From Pedobacter sp. (GTDB lineage: Bacteria; Desulfobacterota; Desulfuromonadia; Desulfuromonadales; Syntrophotaleaceae), in contig JBFWJC010000005.1 in the NCBI GenBank assembly GCA_050253415.1, forward strand, positions 64,001 to 128,000: DNA of 64,000 nt. Reading direction: 5' to 3'. Made by a program: the position numbers and the translations under genes. Positions 9,619 through 18,826 of the stretch are shown here, piece by piece. The notes below the pieces were generated by a model, which did no database searches, had not been told where the DNA came from, and saw nothing but the letters and a program-made list of their open reading frames with translations. The stretch's first letter is position 1. Each line of letters opens with the position of its first letter.

Positions 9619-11517
9619 TTATATGGCGCTTGAACTTTCCAGACCGGTTATGATCTCTTTCAAGCGATCAATTTTCTTATTTGCTTTGGTTTGCTGTTCT
9701 TCCCAACCATTGTAGTAGGCGATCTTTTCAAGCTCTTCGTTTTCAGCAAGATGCTTTTTGTGAACAGGGAGAAAGACTCTCGTTGTTTTGAAGAATTCAT
9801 AACAGAATAAACAGGCGTCAGCATGGGGGCAATCGCCGGCTAGAACGGGTAGGGTGCAGACGCCATTAGGCAATATCTGTGTCATGATGTTTCTCCTTAA
9901 CCATTTTGTATCGAGGTTGGTGAGCGACATAATCTCATCAGCGACTTTGCCGATAACTTCACTTGTAGACTGAGCAACAAAAGCTTCAAATTCTCTTTTG
10001 GCGGTCTCATCGAATAGATGTGCATAAGTGTCCAACATTGTGTCACTATTGTAGCCCATGTAGCGCATTACGATATGTAATGCGACGTTGTTGTTGATCA
10101 TCCTCGTAGGGACTTGATGTCGATAGCGATGGGGACTCGGTACCCAAATAGAACCCTCTTCATTACGGATCTCGTTAGCCACTGCCCATTCGTGGTAATG
10201 TGCTATAAAGCTGGATCTGTGATAAGGTTGGCCTTGTTCATTTGGAAATAGCAAAGTGCAACCAACACCGTGTGTATCAACAACCCTTTTGGCTTGTACT
10301 GAGATACATTTGGCGAGTTCGAGCGTAATGGGAACGACATGCCACGTCTTTTGCTTGCGGAGATACCGGCTCATGTGCCAATCGCCATCGGAGTCCTGCT
10401 TAAGACAGGTTCTTTCTAGTCCACATATCTCACCAAACCTCGCTCCAGTTTCATCGATTATTGCCAAAGTTGTACGCCATGGTTCCTTTAGGATCTCCAT
10501 GTGCCGAATTATTTGCTCATAGACGAACTCAGAAATGTAGCCTGAGTGTTTGCCTACCCCGCGCGCAACATAAGGTATATCTTCGTTCCATATTAGACGT
10601 TCATCAGGGAATCCATGGTCATCGATGGCCGCTTCGGACTCTAGGATATTGCGAACTATGCTAAGGTTTTTTGCAATTGAGGAATCCTCCAGAACTCCTC
10701 CCTTATTCCGGCCGCGAGTGATTTTCCAGTTTTTAAGGTAACGAATGAACTGCTCAATCACTTCCCTGGTAATTTTTTCAGGAGAATCTACTTTAGGTTG
10801 TTTGTCACCAATGAACTTGGAGAACCGGTTGATGTCCGTGATGCAGCTCTTCAGGTATAGATAGTCGTTTGTTAGCGACCAGTCTTTCCATACGTCTTTG
10901 GCTGCCTTACGGAGCCAGCCTTGGCTGATACCAGTGAAATTGAGAGGCGTTGGAGAATTGCCGGCAGGGACATCAAGGCCTGTTTTAATTGGGCAGACCT
11001 TGTCTTTGCTCCATTCGTCTCTATCGTCATAGAAGTCTTCAAGGATTTTATAGAGAACCGCAAAACGGCAAACCAAGAAGTGCTTGGTCATTTTTCTTTC
11101 CGTGATACAGCCATCGGATTTTGAAAAATATCCTTTTTTAACCGGAAACTTGTACCCATTTTCTTTTAAATAGGTAGTTAGTAACGTTTCCCAAAACTTC
11201 AGAGACTTTTCCATGAGGGAGGATATGCCTGTGATATTGGAGTCAATTATCTTGATATAAATATGGACTCCAAACTGAATTACGTCGGTGCCGAATCTCC
11301 CTTCTTTGATTCCAAGGTAATGGACGACCTTTAATTCCTGGTTGATTTGCTCGATTTTACAGTTGAATCGCACCTCAAGATCAACCTTTGGGGGAGTGCC
11401 GATTGGTATTTCTTTTAGAGGCCAGGTGTTCTTAGCCCAGTAGCCCTGAAGGATTTGGGAGATTTCAAGACCCTTCTTTTCCGAAGCAGCCTGTTTAAGG
11501 ATATAATTTTGATCCAT
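9619..11517 (-). CDS. Tn554 TnpB-like tyrosine recombinase (copy 2)
   Basis: TGARFGE, HRYRHQVPTRMINNNV.LHIVMRYMGY...TYAH and the TnpB-type C-terminal motif LPNGVCTLPVLAGDCPHADACLFC. Confidence 0.88.
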   Translation of the reverse strand: MDQNYILKQAASEKKGLEISQILQGYWAKNTWPLKEIPIGTPPKVDLEVRFNCKIEQINQELKVVHYLGIKEGRFGTDVIQFGVHIYIKIIDSNITGISSLMEKSLKFWETLLTTYLKENGYKFPVKKGYFSKSDGCITERKMTKHFLVCRFAVLYKILEDFYDDRDEWSKDKVCPIKTGLDVPAGNSPTPLNFTGISQGWLRKAAKDVWKDWSLTNDYLYLKSCITDINRFSKFIGDKQPKVDSPEKITREVIEQFIRYLKNWKITRGRNKGGVLEDSSIAKNLSIVRNILESEAAIDDHGFPDERLIWNEDIPYVARGVGKHSGYISEFVYEQIIRHMEILKEPWRTTLAIIDETGARFGEICGLERTCLKQDSDGDWHMSRYLRKQKTWHVVPITLELAKCISVQAKRVVDTHGVGCTLLFPNEQGQPYHRSSFIAHYHEWAVANEIRNEEGSIWVPSPHRYRHQVPTRMINNNVALHIVMRYMGYNSDTMLDTYAHLFDETAKREFEAFVAQSTSEVIGKVADEIMSLTNLDTKWLRRNIMTQILPNGVCTLPVLAGDCPHADACLFCYEFFKTTRVFLPVHKKHLAENEELEKIAYYNGWEEQQTKANKKIDRLKEIITGLESSSAI

Positions 11518-11531
11518 TTACCCCTCCTGCT

Positions 11532-13373
11532 TTATAAATTTGCCAGGATTTTTCTGAGCTTTGTGCAGGTATTGCCTGAGATCTGGCGCTGTCTTTTCAT
11601 TCCTAGTGAGGCTGCATTCGATTCCAGCTCCTCCGCTCGACTCAGTTGATCCTCAAGTTCTGGCCGCCAAAATTCGCTTGTTCTGAATGAGCCACAGGTG
11701 AAGCAGGCATCGGCATGATCGCACGCTCCCATGGCCTTAGGGCGCCGGCAGAAACCGTTTGGAAGAACGTGAGTAAGCATGTTGTGCTTTAACCACTGAT
11801 TGTCTAAGGAGTTTGGGTCAAACGATTCTTCTGCGACATTTCCATCGCAATCCACGATGCGACCATGATATTCGGTCCACGCCTCTTTAAGGGTTGAATC
11901 GTAAAGATGAGCATATCTCCTTGTAGGTGCAGAGCTGGCATGACCGAGAAACCTTTGTACAGTTTTTTCGCTGCCGGTCTTGTTTAGCATTTCTGTTCCT
12001 GCTGTGTGGCGTGCTTGCTTGGAGGTATATCGCCAGATTGAACCATCCTCTTGCTTAATTTCATTAGCAATAATGAATTCGTTGACATTTTTATTGAAAG
12101 TTGTTTTGGAATAAGGCTTAAGCTGGGAGGACTTGAGGTTGGGAAAGAGAAATTTGGGCTCCTTGCCAAGATTATCTCTAAGATGCTCCTGCCAACGTTG
12201 AATTTTACATGCGAGTTCATCCGTGATAGGCACCACATGGTATTTGCGTTGTTTGAATAAGTATCTTTTAAAGCACCTGTCCTCACCATCATGGTGAAGA
12301 GCATCAAATTCCAATTTGGTGATTTCGGTAACCCTTGGACCGACTTCAAGAGAGATATCAAGCATCAAGTTCCAAGGGTTTTTGAGGTTTTCCAGCTTGT
12401 CAATAATTTGTTTTTTGACGAAAGGGGGGATGAAGTCTGGAAGCGGGTTATCGCTTTTTGGAATGAACTCCTCCTTGACCAACCTTTTAAGTGGGAAATC
12501 AGCCAATCCATGTTTCGCACTGTATTCTAAGAACCCTCTTAAGTGGTAGAGGAGGTTTGCTCTGCTGCCGTCATTTTTAATAATTTTGTTTATGTGGGCG
12601 ACAAAATCTTTAATGGATTTTCCATCAATATCGGAGGGCCTTGCGATCGTGTTCTTTTGTAATATGAATTTGGAGAGGTGGACCACCGCCTCTATGTAAC
12701 CACAAAGTGTCCCCCATGCAATCTCCTGCCTGTTCTGGGCGAATTTAACAAATATATCCCTGAGCCATTGAATCTCAATACGATTGAGGTTCATCGATTG
12801 GGGGTGGGAATCAGGTTCGTGACCTAGGAGGTCAGGGGTTATAATTCCTTTCTCCCAGGGTGTTCTTTTGTCCTCATAATTATAGATTTCTGCATATAAG
12901 CCTCGCAGGAAATTCAAAAGCGGATGATTCTCTGCGTGGTGGTAGGTAACGAGCTCCCCGTCCTTGTTGCGGTATTGAACTACACGAAATTTATTTGGCT
13001 CGAATTCTCTAGCGTAGGGAAGGGCTAGTTTTTCCCATTCTTCAAGCTCCAAATCAAGAATGGAGTGTGTCTTGGGGCGACAGAACTCTATAAATTTAAA
13101 AAATAAGCGAAGGGAAGTTGCGCCGGTGTGGCCCATAAAAGACCACTTGCCACTTATATAATTTCCTTTACAGAAATATTTACATTCGTTATTCAGTTGG
13201 GCTGAAAAGAATTTGAACTTAGAGAAATTATCTTGCCGGTGCAAAGAAGGATCGTTGCCTTCAACAGGAAGCGTTTTGGAAGACCACTGGTCTTTCGACC
13301 AGTATTCTCCAAGCGTTGACTCAATCGGAATTCGAGCCTTATTCTCTTTTGGCACAATAAAGAAACGATCCAT
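11532..13373 (-). CDS. Tn554 TnpB-like tyrosine recombinase (copy 1)
   Basis: VGPRVTE, KQARHTAGTEMLN...QRFLGH...RRYAH and LPNGFCRRP...CDHADACFTC. Confidence 0.88.
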   Translation of the reverse strand: MDRFFIVPKENKARIPIESTLGEYWSKDQWSSKTLPVEGNDPSLHRQDNFSKFKFFSAQLNNECKYFCKGNYISGKWSFMGHTGATSLRLFFKFIEFCRPKTHSILDLELEEWEKLALPYAREFEPNKFRVVQYRNKDGELVTYHHAENHPLLNFLRGLYAEIYNYEDKRTPWEKGIITPDLLGHEPDSHPQSMNLNRIEIQWLRDIFVKFAQNRQEIAWGTLCGYIEAVVHLSKFILQKNTIARPSDIDGKSIKDFVAHINKIIKNDGSRANLLYHLRGFLEYSAKHGLADFPLKRLVKEEFIPKSDNPLPDFIPPFVKKQIIDKLENLKNPWNLMLDISLEVGPRVTEITKLEFDALHHDGEDRCFKRYLFKQRKYHVVPITDELACKIQRWQEHLRDNLGKEPKFLFPNLKSSQLKPYSKTTFNKNVNEFIIANEIKQEDGSIWRYTSKQARHTAGTEMLNKTGSEKTVQRFLGHASSAPTRRYAHLYDSTLKEAWTEYHGRIVDCDGNVAEESFDPNSLDNQWLKHNMLTHVLPNGFCRRPKAMGACDHADACFTCGSFRTSEFWRPELEDQLSRAEELESNAASLGMKRQRQISGNTCTKLRKILANL

Positions 13374-13411
13374 TGGTTGTCATGACCTCCTAAGAAGCAC
13401 AGTTTGGCCTG

Positions 13412-14542
13412 TTAGTCCTTCTCCTTTTTTGAATCCCTAATATGGTTGTGATATATATTGATTGACACTCTTGATTCTTCATCATCAACGTGTGCATATC
13501 TATCTAGCAAAGTCGTCACGTCCTTAATCCCGGACCTTTCCTGGGCCACTTTGATGGAAACGCCACTTTTAAGCATGTCAGTGATATTGGTGTGACGAAA
13601 AAGGTGGGGATGTAACCTCTTTATGCCGGTCTTTTTCCTAACAGTTCTTACAATGCTATTAAAAGCACTAACCGTAAGAGCACTTCCTCTTGTAGGACCT
13701 TGCAAAACTACAAAAACGAAATCGTTTTCAAGGTCTTCAACCTCTTCGACAAGGTACGAAGTGTAGAGATTCATAACATCAGGTGTAACATCAAGGGTTC
13801 TCGGAGCTTTTGTTTTTTGATTGGATTTATTGGGATTGTTACGGCGCTTTCGGAAGGTGATTTTATTATCCCAGGCCTCAATGTCTTCATGTCGAAGGCC
13901 GAGTAATTCACCTATTCTGGCTCCCGTTTCATAAAATAGGGAGAATATGAGTTTATCCCGGATGGTTCTGCAACATTCAAAGATCTTGTCTAGTTCATGT
14001 TTTTTTAAAGGACGGATAATTGGAGGGGCTTCTTCGGGAAGCCTGATTTTATTGACAACTTGTGGAGCGTTTTTATCTATCCCTTCGAGGAAATTCCTGT
14101 ACTTTGTTTTTCTTTTGCCACGATGAGAGACAGAAACGGTATTCAAGGGATCGGTCTCGAAGGTACGTATTCTTGTATGGTAATCGTAAAAATTCTTAAC
14201 TGCTATATTTATTGTATTTATAGACTTGTTCCCACGAATGCGCGGTAGTGGCTCATCATTTATGTTTTTTGGGGCTACTTTTAAATAATTGGGATTTTTT
14301 AGCCACCATATAAAAGTTTTCAGTAAGCTAAACGATATATCTTCTTTCCAGTCAGCCTGAACTTGCTCGCAAAAAGTAAAAAAAAGCGTGAGGTGGCGAA
14401 CGTAGTTTTCGACCGTGTTTTCCTCGTAGAGAAGGGCGATAAAGTCAACCCACTTTTCGACATGGGGTAGCGGAAGATAGTCTTTGTTTGCGATGGTCCA
14501 TGATATTGTCCCATCGCTAAGCAGTATTTTCTGCATCTCCAT
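13412..14542 (-). CDS. Tn554 TnpA-like tyrosine recombinase
   Basis: RDKLIFSLFYETGARIGELLGL, HPHLFRHT, DRYAH; 376 aa with N-terminal ENTVENY..HL core-binding region. Confidence 0.88.
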   Translation of the reverse strand: MEMQKILLSDGTISWTIANKDYLPLPHVEKWVDFIALLYEENTVENYVRHLTLFFTFCEQVQADWKEDISFSLLKTFIWWLKNPNYLKVAPKNINDEPLPRIRGNKSINTINIAVKNFYDYHTRIRTFETDPLNTVSVSHRGKRKTKYRNFLEGIDKNAPQVVNKIRLPEEAPPIIRPLKKHELDKIFECCRTIRDKLIFSLFYETGARIGELLGLRHEDIEAWDNKITFRKRRNNPNKSNQKTKAPRTLDVTPDVMNLYTSYLVEEVEDLENDFVFVVLQGPTRGSALTVSAFNSIVRTVRKKTGIKRLHPHLFRHTNITDMLKSGVSIKVAQERSGIKDVTTLLDRYAHVDDEESRVSINIYHNHIRDSKKEKD

Positions 14543-14546
14543 TTAA

Positions 14547-15008
14547 TTACCTCTTTCCGGTGTGGCCCAACCCTCCTTCACCTCTTTGAGAGTTGCTACT
14601 GAAGTTATCAACGATCTTGAGATCGACTTGGACAACAGGTACAAACATCATCTGGCATATACGCTCTCCAGGTTTGATTTCGAAGGATTCTCCGCTACGG
14701 TTCCAAACACCGATCAATAGTTCTCCTAAATAGTCACTATCGATAACCCCAATTAAATTTCCCAAGACAATCCCATGCTTGATGCCCAAGCCGGAACGTG
14801 GGGCTAGGACTGCCATGTGGTTTGGGTCGTGAATATTGATAGCTAGCCCCGTTGGGATGATTTCAGTTTGGCCTGGCTCGATGGTTACGGGATTTTCAAT
14901 GCAAGCCCTTAGGTCCATTCCAGCAGATCCGTCAGTTGCGTATGTGGGCAAGGGGATTAGGTTTCCAAGCAATGGATTAACAACTTTCGCCTCGACTATT
15001 CTTTTCAT
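14547..15008 (-). CDS. dut: Trimeric dUTP diphosphatase, element-borne, E. coli-like sequence type
   Basis: All five motifs: [36 protein letters not shown]; 4-bp gap to tnpA. Confidence 0.95.
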   Translation of the reverse strand: MKRIVEAKVVNPLLGNLIPLPTYATDGSAGMDLRACIENPVTIEPGQTEIIPTGLAINIHDPNHMAVLAPRSGLGIKHGIVLGNLIGVIDSDYLGELLIGVWNRSGESFEIKPGERICQMMFVPVVQVDLKIVDNFSSNSQRGEGGLGHTGKR

Positions 15009-15040
15009 TTATTATAAAATTTCCCCTATTTAATATTGAG

Positions 15041-15138
15041 CGTTGATTCAACGATACCCAACGTTCTTGACACTGTCAATATGCCCTGTCAAGAACGTTC
15101 TTGATATGTTAAATATCCTAACGTAGCTGACGTAGTTG
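15041..15138. repeat. Cluster of inverted and direct repeats at the element end
   Basis: 13-bp IR aacgttcttgaca (15060-15072) / tgtcaagaacgtt (15087-15099); 16-bp palindrome tcaagaacgttcttga (15089-15104); ttgacactgtcaa (15067-15079); cgttgattcaacg (15041-15053); tandem acgtagctg/acgtagttg (15121-15138). Confidence 0.85.
15051..15079 (-). promoter_or_regulatory. Candidate sigma70 promoter for the dut-tnp operon
   Basis: Minus strand TTGACA (15079-15074), 17-bp spacer, TATCGT (15056-15051), embedded in inverted repeats. Confidence 0.45.
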
Positions 15139-15163
15139 GCACAAGAATGGCATGTATGCATAA

Positions 15164-15352
15164 GATGCGGATTATCGAGGGGAACTCGGTATTATTCTTA
15201 TCAACCACGGCACGGAAAAATTTGTTATCTCCGATGGTGATCGTATCGCTCAGCTGGTTTTCGCTCCTGTTCAAACAGCCACCTTCGAACAGGTTGAAGA
15301 CCTGGATGAAACGGATCGCAATGATGGCGGGTTTGGTCATACGGGTTTTTAG
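15164..15352 (+). pseudogene. dut: 3' half of chromosomal dUTPase gene (motifs 3-5), lacking its 5' part
   Basis: Hand translation: [62 protein letters not shown]; preceded by in-frame TAA (15161-15163) and no start codon; absent from the ORF track. Confidence 0.93.
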
Positions 15353-15424
15353 TTAGGTGTCATCTGTTGTTTCCGGATGGGATCCATTGCCTTTGATCTG
15401 GAAAAAGGGAAAGGAAAACTTACC

Positions 15425-16039
15425 ATGTTGCTTGCCATAAATCCCGAAACACCCCAGAAACGTCTGATAACCCGTGTTGTCGATTGTATTAAGCAAGGCG
15501 GAGTTATCGCTTATCCTACCGACACTATTTATGGCCTCGGTTGCGACATTTTCAACCGCAAGGGAATCAAGCGGATTTATCAGCTTAAGGAACGAACGGA
15601 ACGAAAGCCTTTTTCCTTCATTTGTGCTGATCTTTCGGATGTTTCCAATTATGCGCAGGTAAGTAACTTCGCTTTCAAAATCATGAAACGCTATCTGCCC
15701 GGGCCCTACACTTTCGTTCTTGACGCTACTCGGGTGGTACCCGATTTACTGGTAACCAAACAGAAAACCGTTGGTATCCGTATTCCTTCCAATCCGATTG
15801 CGCTAGCTATCGTTCGTGAACTTGGTCACCCTCTTGTCACGACCAGCGCCAATATCTCCGGTGAAGAGCCGTGTTACGATCCTTCCCTGATCGATGAGCA
15901 GTTGGGCAGGCAGATCGATATGGTCGTCGATGGAGGCATTATTCAGGGGGAAGCATCTACCGTTATCAGCCTCATTGATGACAAAATAACAGTGCTGCGC
16001 CAGGGCGCAGGAGACACCAGTTGGATACATCAGCTGTAA
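15425..16039 (+). CDS. Sua5/YciO/YrdC-family protein (threonylcarbamoyl-AMP synthase family)
   Basis: GGVIAYPTDTIYGLGC, LKER...KPFS, LPGPYT, VGIRIP, TTSANISG. Confidence 0.9.
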   Translation: MLLAINPETPQKRLITRVVDCIKQGGVIAYPTDTIYGLGCDIFNRKGIKRIYQLKERTERKPFSFICADLSDVSNYAQVSNFAFKIMKRYLPGPYTFVLDATRVVPDLLVTKQKTVGIRIPSNPIALAIVRELGHPLVTTSANISGEEPCYDPSLIDEQLGRQIDMVVDGGIIQGEASTVISLIDDKITVLRQGAGDTSWIHQL

Positions 16040-16210
16040 TTTGGCAAGTCATTTCCCCCCCTCCCAGTAGTTTCTTTGGTCAAGTTTTGATTCGTTCGGC
16101 AATATTGGTCGCCCAAACTTGAAAAACCGCTGTGCATCGGATATAGTGCCGGCGGTTTATCTGTGCTTTATCTTCTGTTGTTTGCGGCTCCAAAAGGAGG
16201 ATCAATTCCG

Positions 16211-17899
16211 ATGCTGGATTTTTTCAACCAGGCTACCATTTTTGGCCTCATCGGCGGACTAGGCTTGTTTCTGTTCGGCATGAAGATTATGTCGGAAGGA
16301 TTACAAAAGGTTGCCGGGGACCGCATGCGCAAGATTCTTGCGGCTTTAACGAATAACCGTCTCATCGGAACTTTCGTAGGTCTGGCTGTTACAGCCATTA
16401 TTCAGTCTTCCAGTGCAACGACTGTTATGGTCATCGGTTTTGTTAATGCCGGTTTGATGACATTAATGCAGGCTATTGGTGTCGTTCTTGGTGCCAACAT
16501 CGGTACGACTGTTACCGCGCAGCTTCTTGCCCTTAAACTCAGCCAATTTGCCTTGCCCGCTATCGGTATCGGTACAGGACTGAAACTATTCTCTCGCAGT
16601 AAAAAATGGATGTATAGCGGTGAGATTCTCCTTGGGTTCGGTATTTTGTTTTATGGCCTTACCACCATGGAAAGTGCTTTTGTTCCTCTCAAGGGGAGCG
16701 ATGCTTTTCGTGACTTCTTCCTTGTGGTCGGTGATAACTATTTGCTGGCGATCGCAACCGGGGCTTTGCTCACGGTGCTGGTCCAAAGCAGCAGTGCTAC
16801 CATTGCCCTTACCATGTCTCTTGCGATGAGCGGTCTTTTGAGTTTCGATGTTAGTGTCGCTTTGATCCTTGGTGAAAACATTGGCACTACCGTTACCGCT
16901 AATCTTGCCGCTATCGGCACCAACCTTGCCGCTCGTCGTACGGCATTGGCCCACTTATTATTTAATGTTATCGGGGTCGTGCTGATTGTTTTGTGTTTTC
17001 CGCTTTTTTTACATCTTGTCGATGCCTGGACCCCGGGTGATCCCAACTTTGTAATTCATACCGCTATAGAGTCCGTCCAATATGGTGCGGCTATTGGTGA
17101 CCTGCCGAATATAAAATGGCACATCGCAAATGCGCATACATTTTTTAACATCATCAACACCATTGTCTTCCTGCCCCTTATCGGGTTGTTGGCCAAATTG
17201 GCTTGTTTAATTTTGCCGGGCAAAGATGCGTTGATGGAGTTTCACCTTAAATATATCGATAACCGCGTGCTTAATACACCGCCAATTGCCATTGGCCAGG
17301 CCCGTTCTGAAACCAAGCGGATGGCGCATATCACCTTTGAGATGCTCGATGAAACCATGGAGTTTTTTCTGGACGGCAACTCCAAGCGTCTTACCTCTCT
17401 GGATAAAAAAGAAGAAATCGTCGATCTGCTGCAAAAGGAGATTACGGATTTTCTGGTGAATCTCTCTCAAAAATCCATCACTCAGGATATGTCTCGCGAT
17501 GTCGCCTCCATGATGCATATTGTTAATGATCTTGAGCGGGTAGGGGATCATTGTGAGGAGCTCTGGAAATTGGCAGGGCGGCTTCGTGACCTGAATCAGC
17601 CTTTATCGGCAGTAGCTACGCAGGAGGTTGAAGAACTGGCCGGCAAAACCCGAGACTTCCTGGCTTTTGTGATCGATGCACTGGATCGTGGCGATACCAC
17701 AATTAAATCCAAGGCTAGCTATATGGTACATATTATTGACGAGTTGGAAGATACCCTGCGTAATAATCATATCGCCAGGTTGAATACCGGTGAATGTTCC
17801 GTACAGCAAGGATTGATTTTCATCGACATGTTGCATGGCTTCTCCAAAATTGGCAGTCATGCCTTTAATGTCAGTAAAGCTGTTGTTGGTGACAAGTAA
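16211..17899 (+). CDS. Na+/Pi cotransporter family protein with PhoU-like domains
   Basis: QSSSATTV and QSSSATIA repeats, GANIGTT/GENIGTT, DLERVGDH. Confidence 0.92.
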   Translation: MLDFFNQATIFGLIGGLGLFLFGMKIMSEGLQKVAGDRMRKILAALTNNRLIGTFVGLAVTAIIQSSSATTVMVIGFVNAGLMTLMQAIGVVLGANIGTTVTAQLLALKLSQFALPAIGIGTGLKLFSRSKKWMYSGEILLGFGILFYGLTTMESAFVPLKGSDAFRDFFLVVGDNYLLAIATGALLTVLVQSSSATIALTMSLAMSGLLSFDVSVALILGENIGTTVTANLAAIGTNLAARRTALAHLLFNVIGVVLIVLCFPLFLHLVDAWTPGDPNFVIHTAIESVQYGAAIGDLPNIKWHIANAHTFFNIINTIVFLPLIGLLAKLACLILPGKDALMEFHLKYIDNRVLNTPPIAIGQARSETKRMAHITFEMLDETMEFFLDGNSKRLTSLDKKEEIVDLLQKEITDFLVNLSQKSITQDMSRDVASMMHIVNDLERVGDHCEELWKLAGRLRDLNQPLSAVATQEVEELAGKTRDFLAFVIDALDRGDTTIKSKASYMVHIIDELEDTLRNNHIARLNTGECSVQQGLIFIDMLHGFSKIGSHAFNVSKAVVGDK

Positions 17900-18826
17900 A
17901 TGCTGGCGGCGGTAGATGTTGGTTCCAACACGGTACGGATGCTTCTTGGTGATGTTCGCAACGGCGCGATCATGCCGATTCGCTATGTGCGTCATGTCAC
18001 TCGTCTGGCCGGCGGTTCTGATCCCCGGTTGGGCCTGGCAGGTCAAAGCATGAATAATACCCTGACTGCATTGGGAGAAATGGCAGAAGCCATAAAAACG
18101 TCCGGTGCCGATAGGGTTAGGGTAGTCGGTACCGAAGCCTTACGTCGTGCCACCAATGGATCCGACTTTGCTCGCAGGGTTGAAGAGAATACCGGACTGC
18201 AACTAGAGATTATCGATGGCGAAGTTGAGGCATGTCTAAGTTGTAAGGGAGTTTTTGCTGCTCTGGATCCACGTCCGGATCGTTGTCTGATGTTTGATAT
18301 TGGGGGAGGTAGCACCGAATTCGTACTGTATGTCGACGGTCGGATCATGTTTCAAAGAAGCTATCCGCTTGGCGTTGTTGATCTCTGTGAGAAGTATTCC
18401 GATCCCGTCAATCAGCAAATATATATTGGTTCGATCCTCGATCGGGTGGCGGATGATTTGACGCTGTCTTCGTTGCTTGATACCGTCCTGGCTTCCTCAA
18501 CAATGTTGGTTGGGACCGCAGGAACGGTAACCACTCTGGCAGCTATCAAGCTCCGAATGACTGTTTATGATGGACTGCTTGTCAACAACCTGAATCTTTA
18601 TCCCGATGAACTTGCTTCATTGCTTCATCATCTTAAACCCTTATCAGATAGCCAGCGTGAGCAGATACCCGGTCTTGAAAAAGGCCGTGGCGATCTTATT
18701 GTACCTGGTATTCGCATTGTCCAGGGTATTTTCGGTCGCTTTCAAAAAGACGTGTTGAAAGTAAGCGATTTCGGTTTGCTGGAAGGGTTGCTTTTGACCA
18801 TGGCCGAAGAGCAGTCTTTATCCTGA
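17900..18826 (+). CDS. Ppx/GppA-family phosphatase
   Basis: DVGSNTVR, TEALRRA.NG, FDIGGGSTE, GLLEG. Confidence 0.92.
   Translation: MLAAVDVGSNTVRMLLGDVRNGAIMPIRYVRHVTRLAGGSDPRLGLAGQSMNNTLTALGEMAEAIKTSGADRVRVVGTEALRRATNGSDFARRVEENTGLQLEIIDGEVEACLSCKGVFAALDPRPDRCLMFDIGGGSTEFVLYVDGRIMFQRSYPLGVVDLCEKYSDPVNQQIYIGSILDRVADDLTLSSLLDTVLASSTMLVGTAGTVTTLAAIKLRMTVYDGLLVNNLNLYPDELASLLHHLKPLSDSQREQIPGLEKGRGDLIVPGIRIVQGIFGRFQKDVLKVSDFGLLEGLLLTMAEEQSLS

Larger units (their letters stand above)
6592..15163 (-). mobile_element. Core of a Tn554-related tyrosine-recombinase integrative element inserted in chromosomal dut; left boundary not identified
   Basis: Tightly coupled minus-strand operon dut-tnpA-tnpB-tnpB'-tnpC-tnpC-like-recD2, visibly AT-richer than the genes to the right, directly abutting a 5'-truncated host dut at 15164. 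Confidence 0.8.

Noticed and set aside
9619..14542. Classification as a RIT element (three tyrosine recombinases in a row)
   Set aside because: RIT recombinases are about 300-450 aa and bounded by terminal inverted repeats; here two are over 600 aa with TnpB-type Cys tails and are followed by a TnpC-like gene
6592..15008. Prophage interpretation (dUTPase, integrases, helicase)
   Set aside because: No structural, packaging, lysis or repressor genes seen
15089..15104. LexA box in the gaacgttc palindrome
   Set aside because: The Firmicute-type box is GAAC-N4-GTTC; here there is no spacer
15089..15356. Track ORFs 15089-15340 (-) and 15147-15356 (+)
   Set aside because: They are shadows of the real signal, the dUTPase 3' half in a different plus-strand frame (15164-15352)
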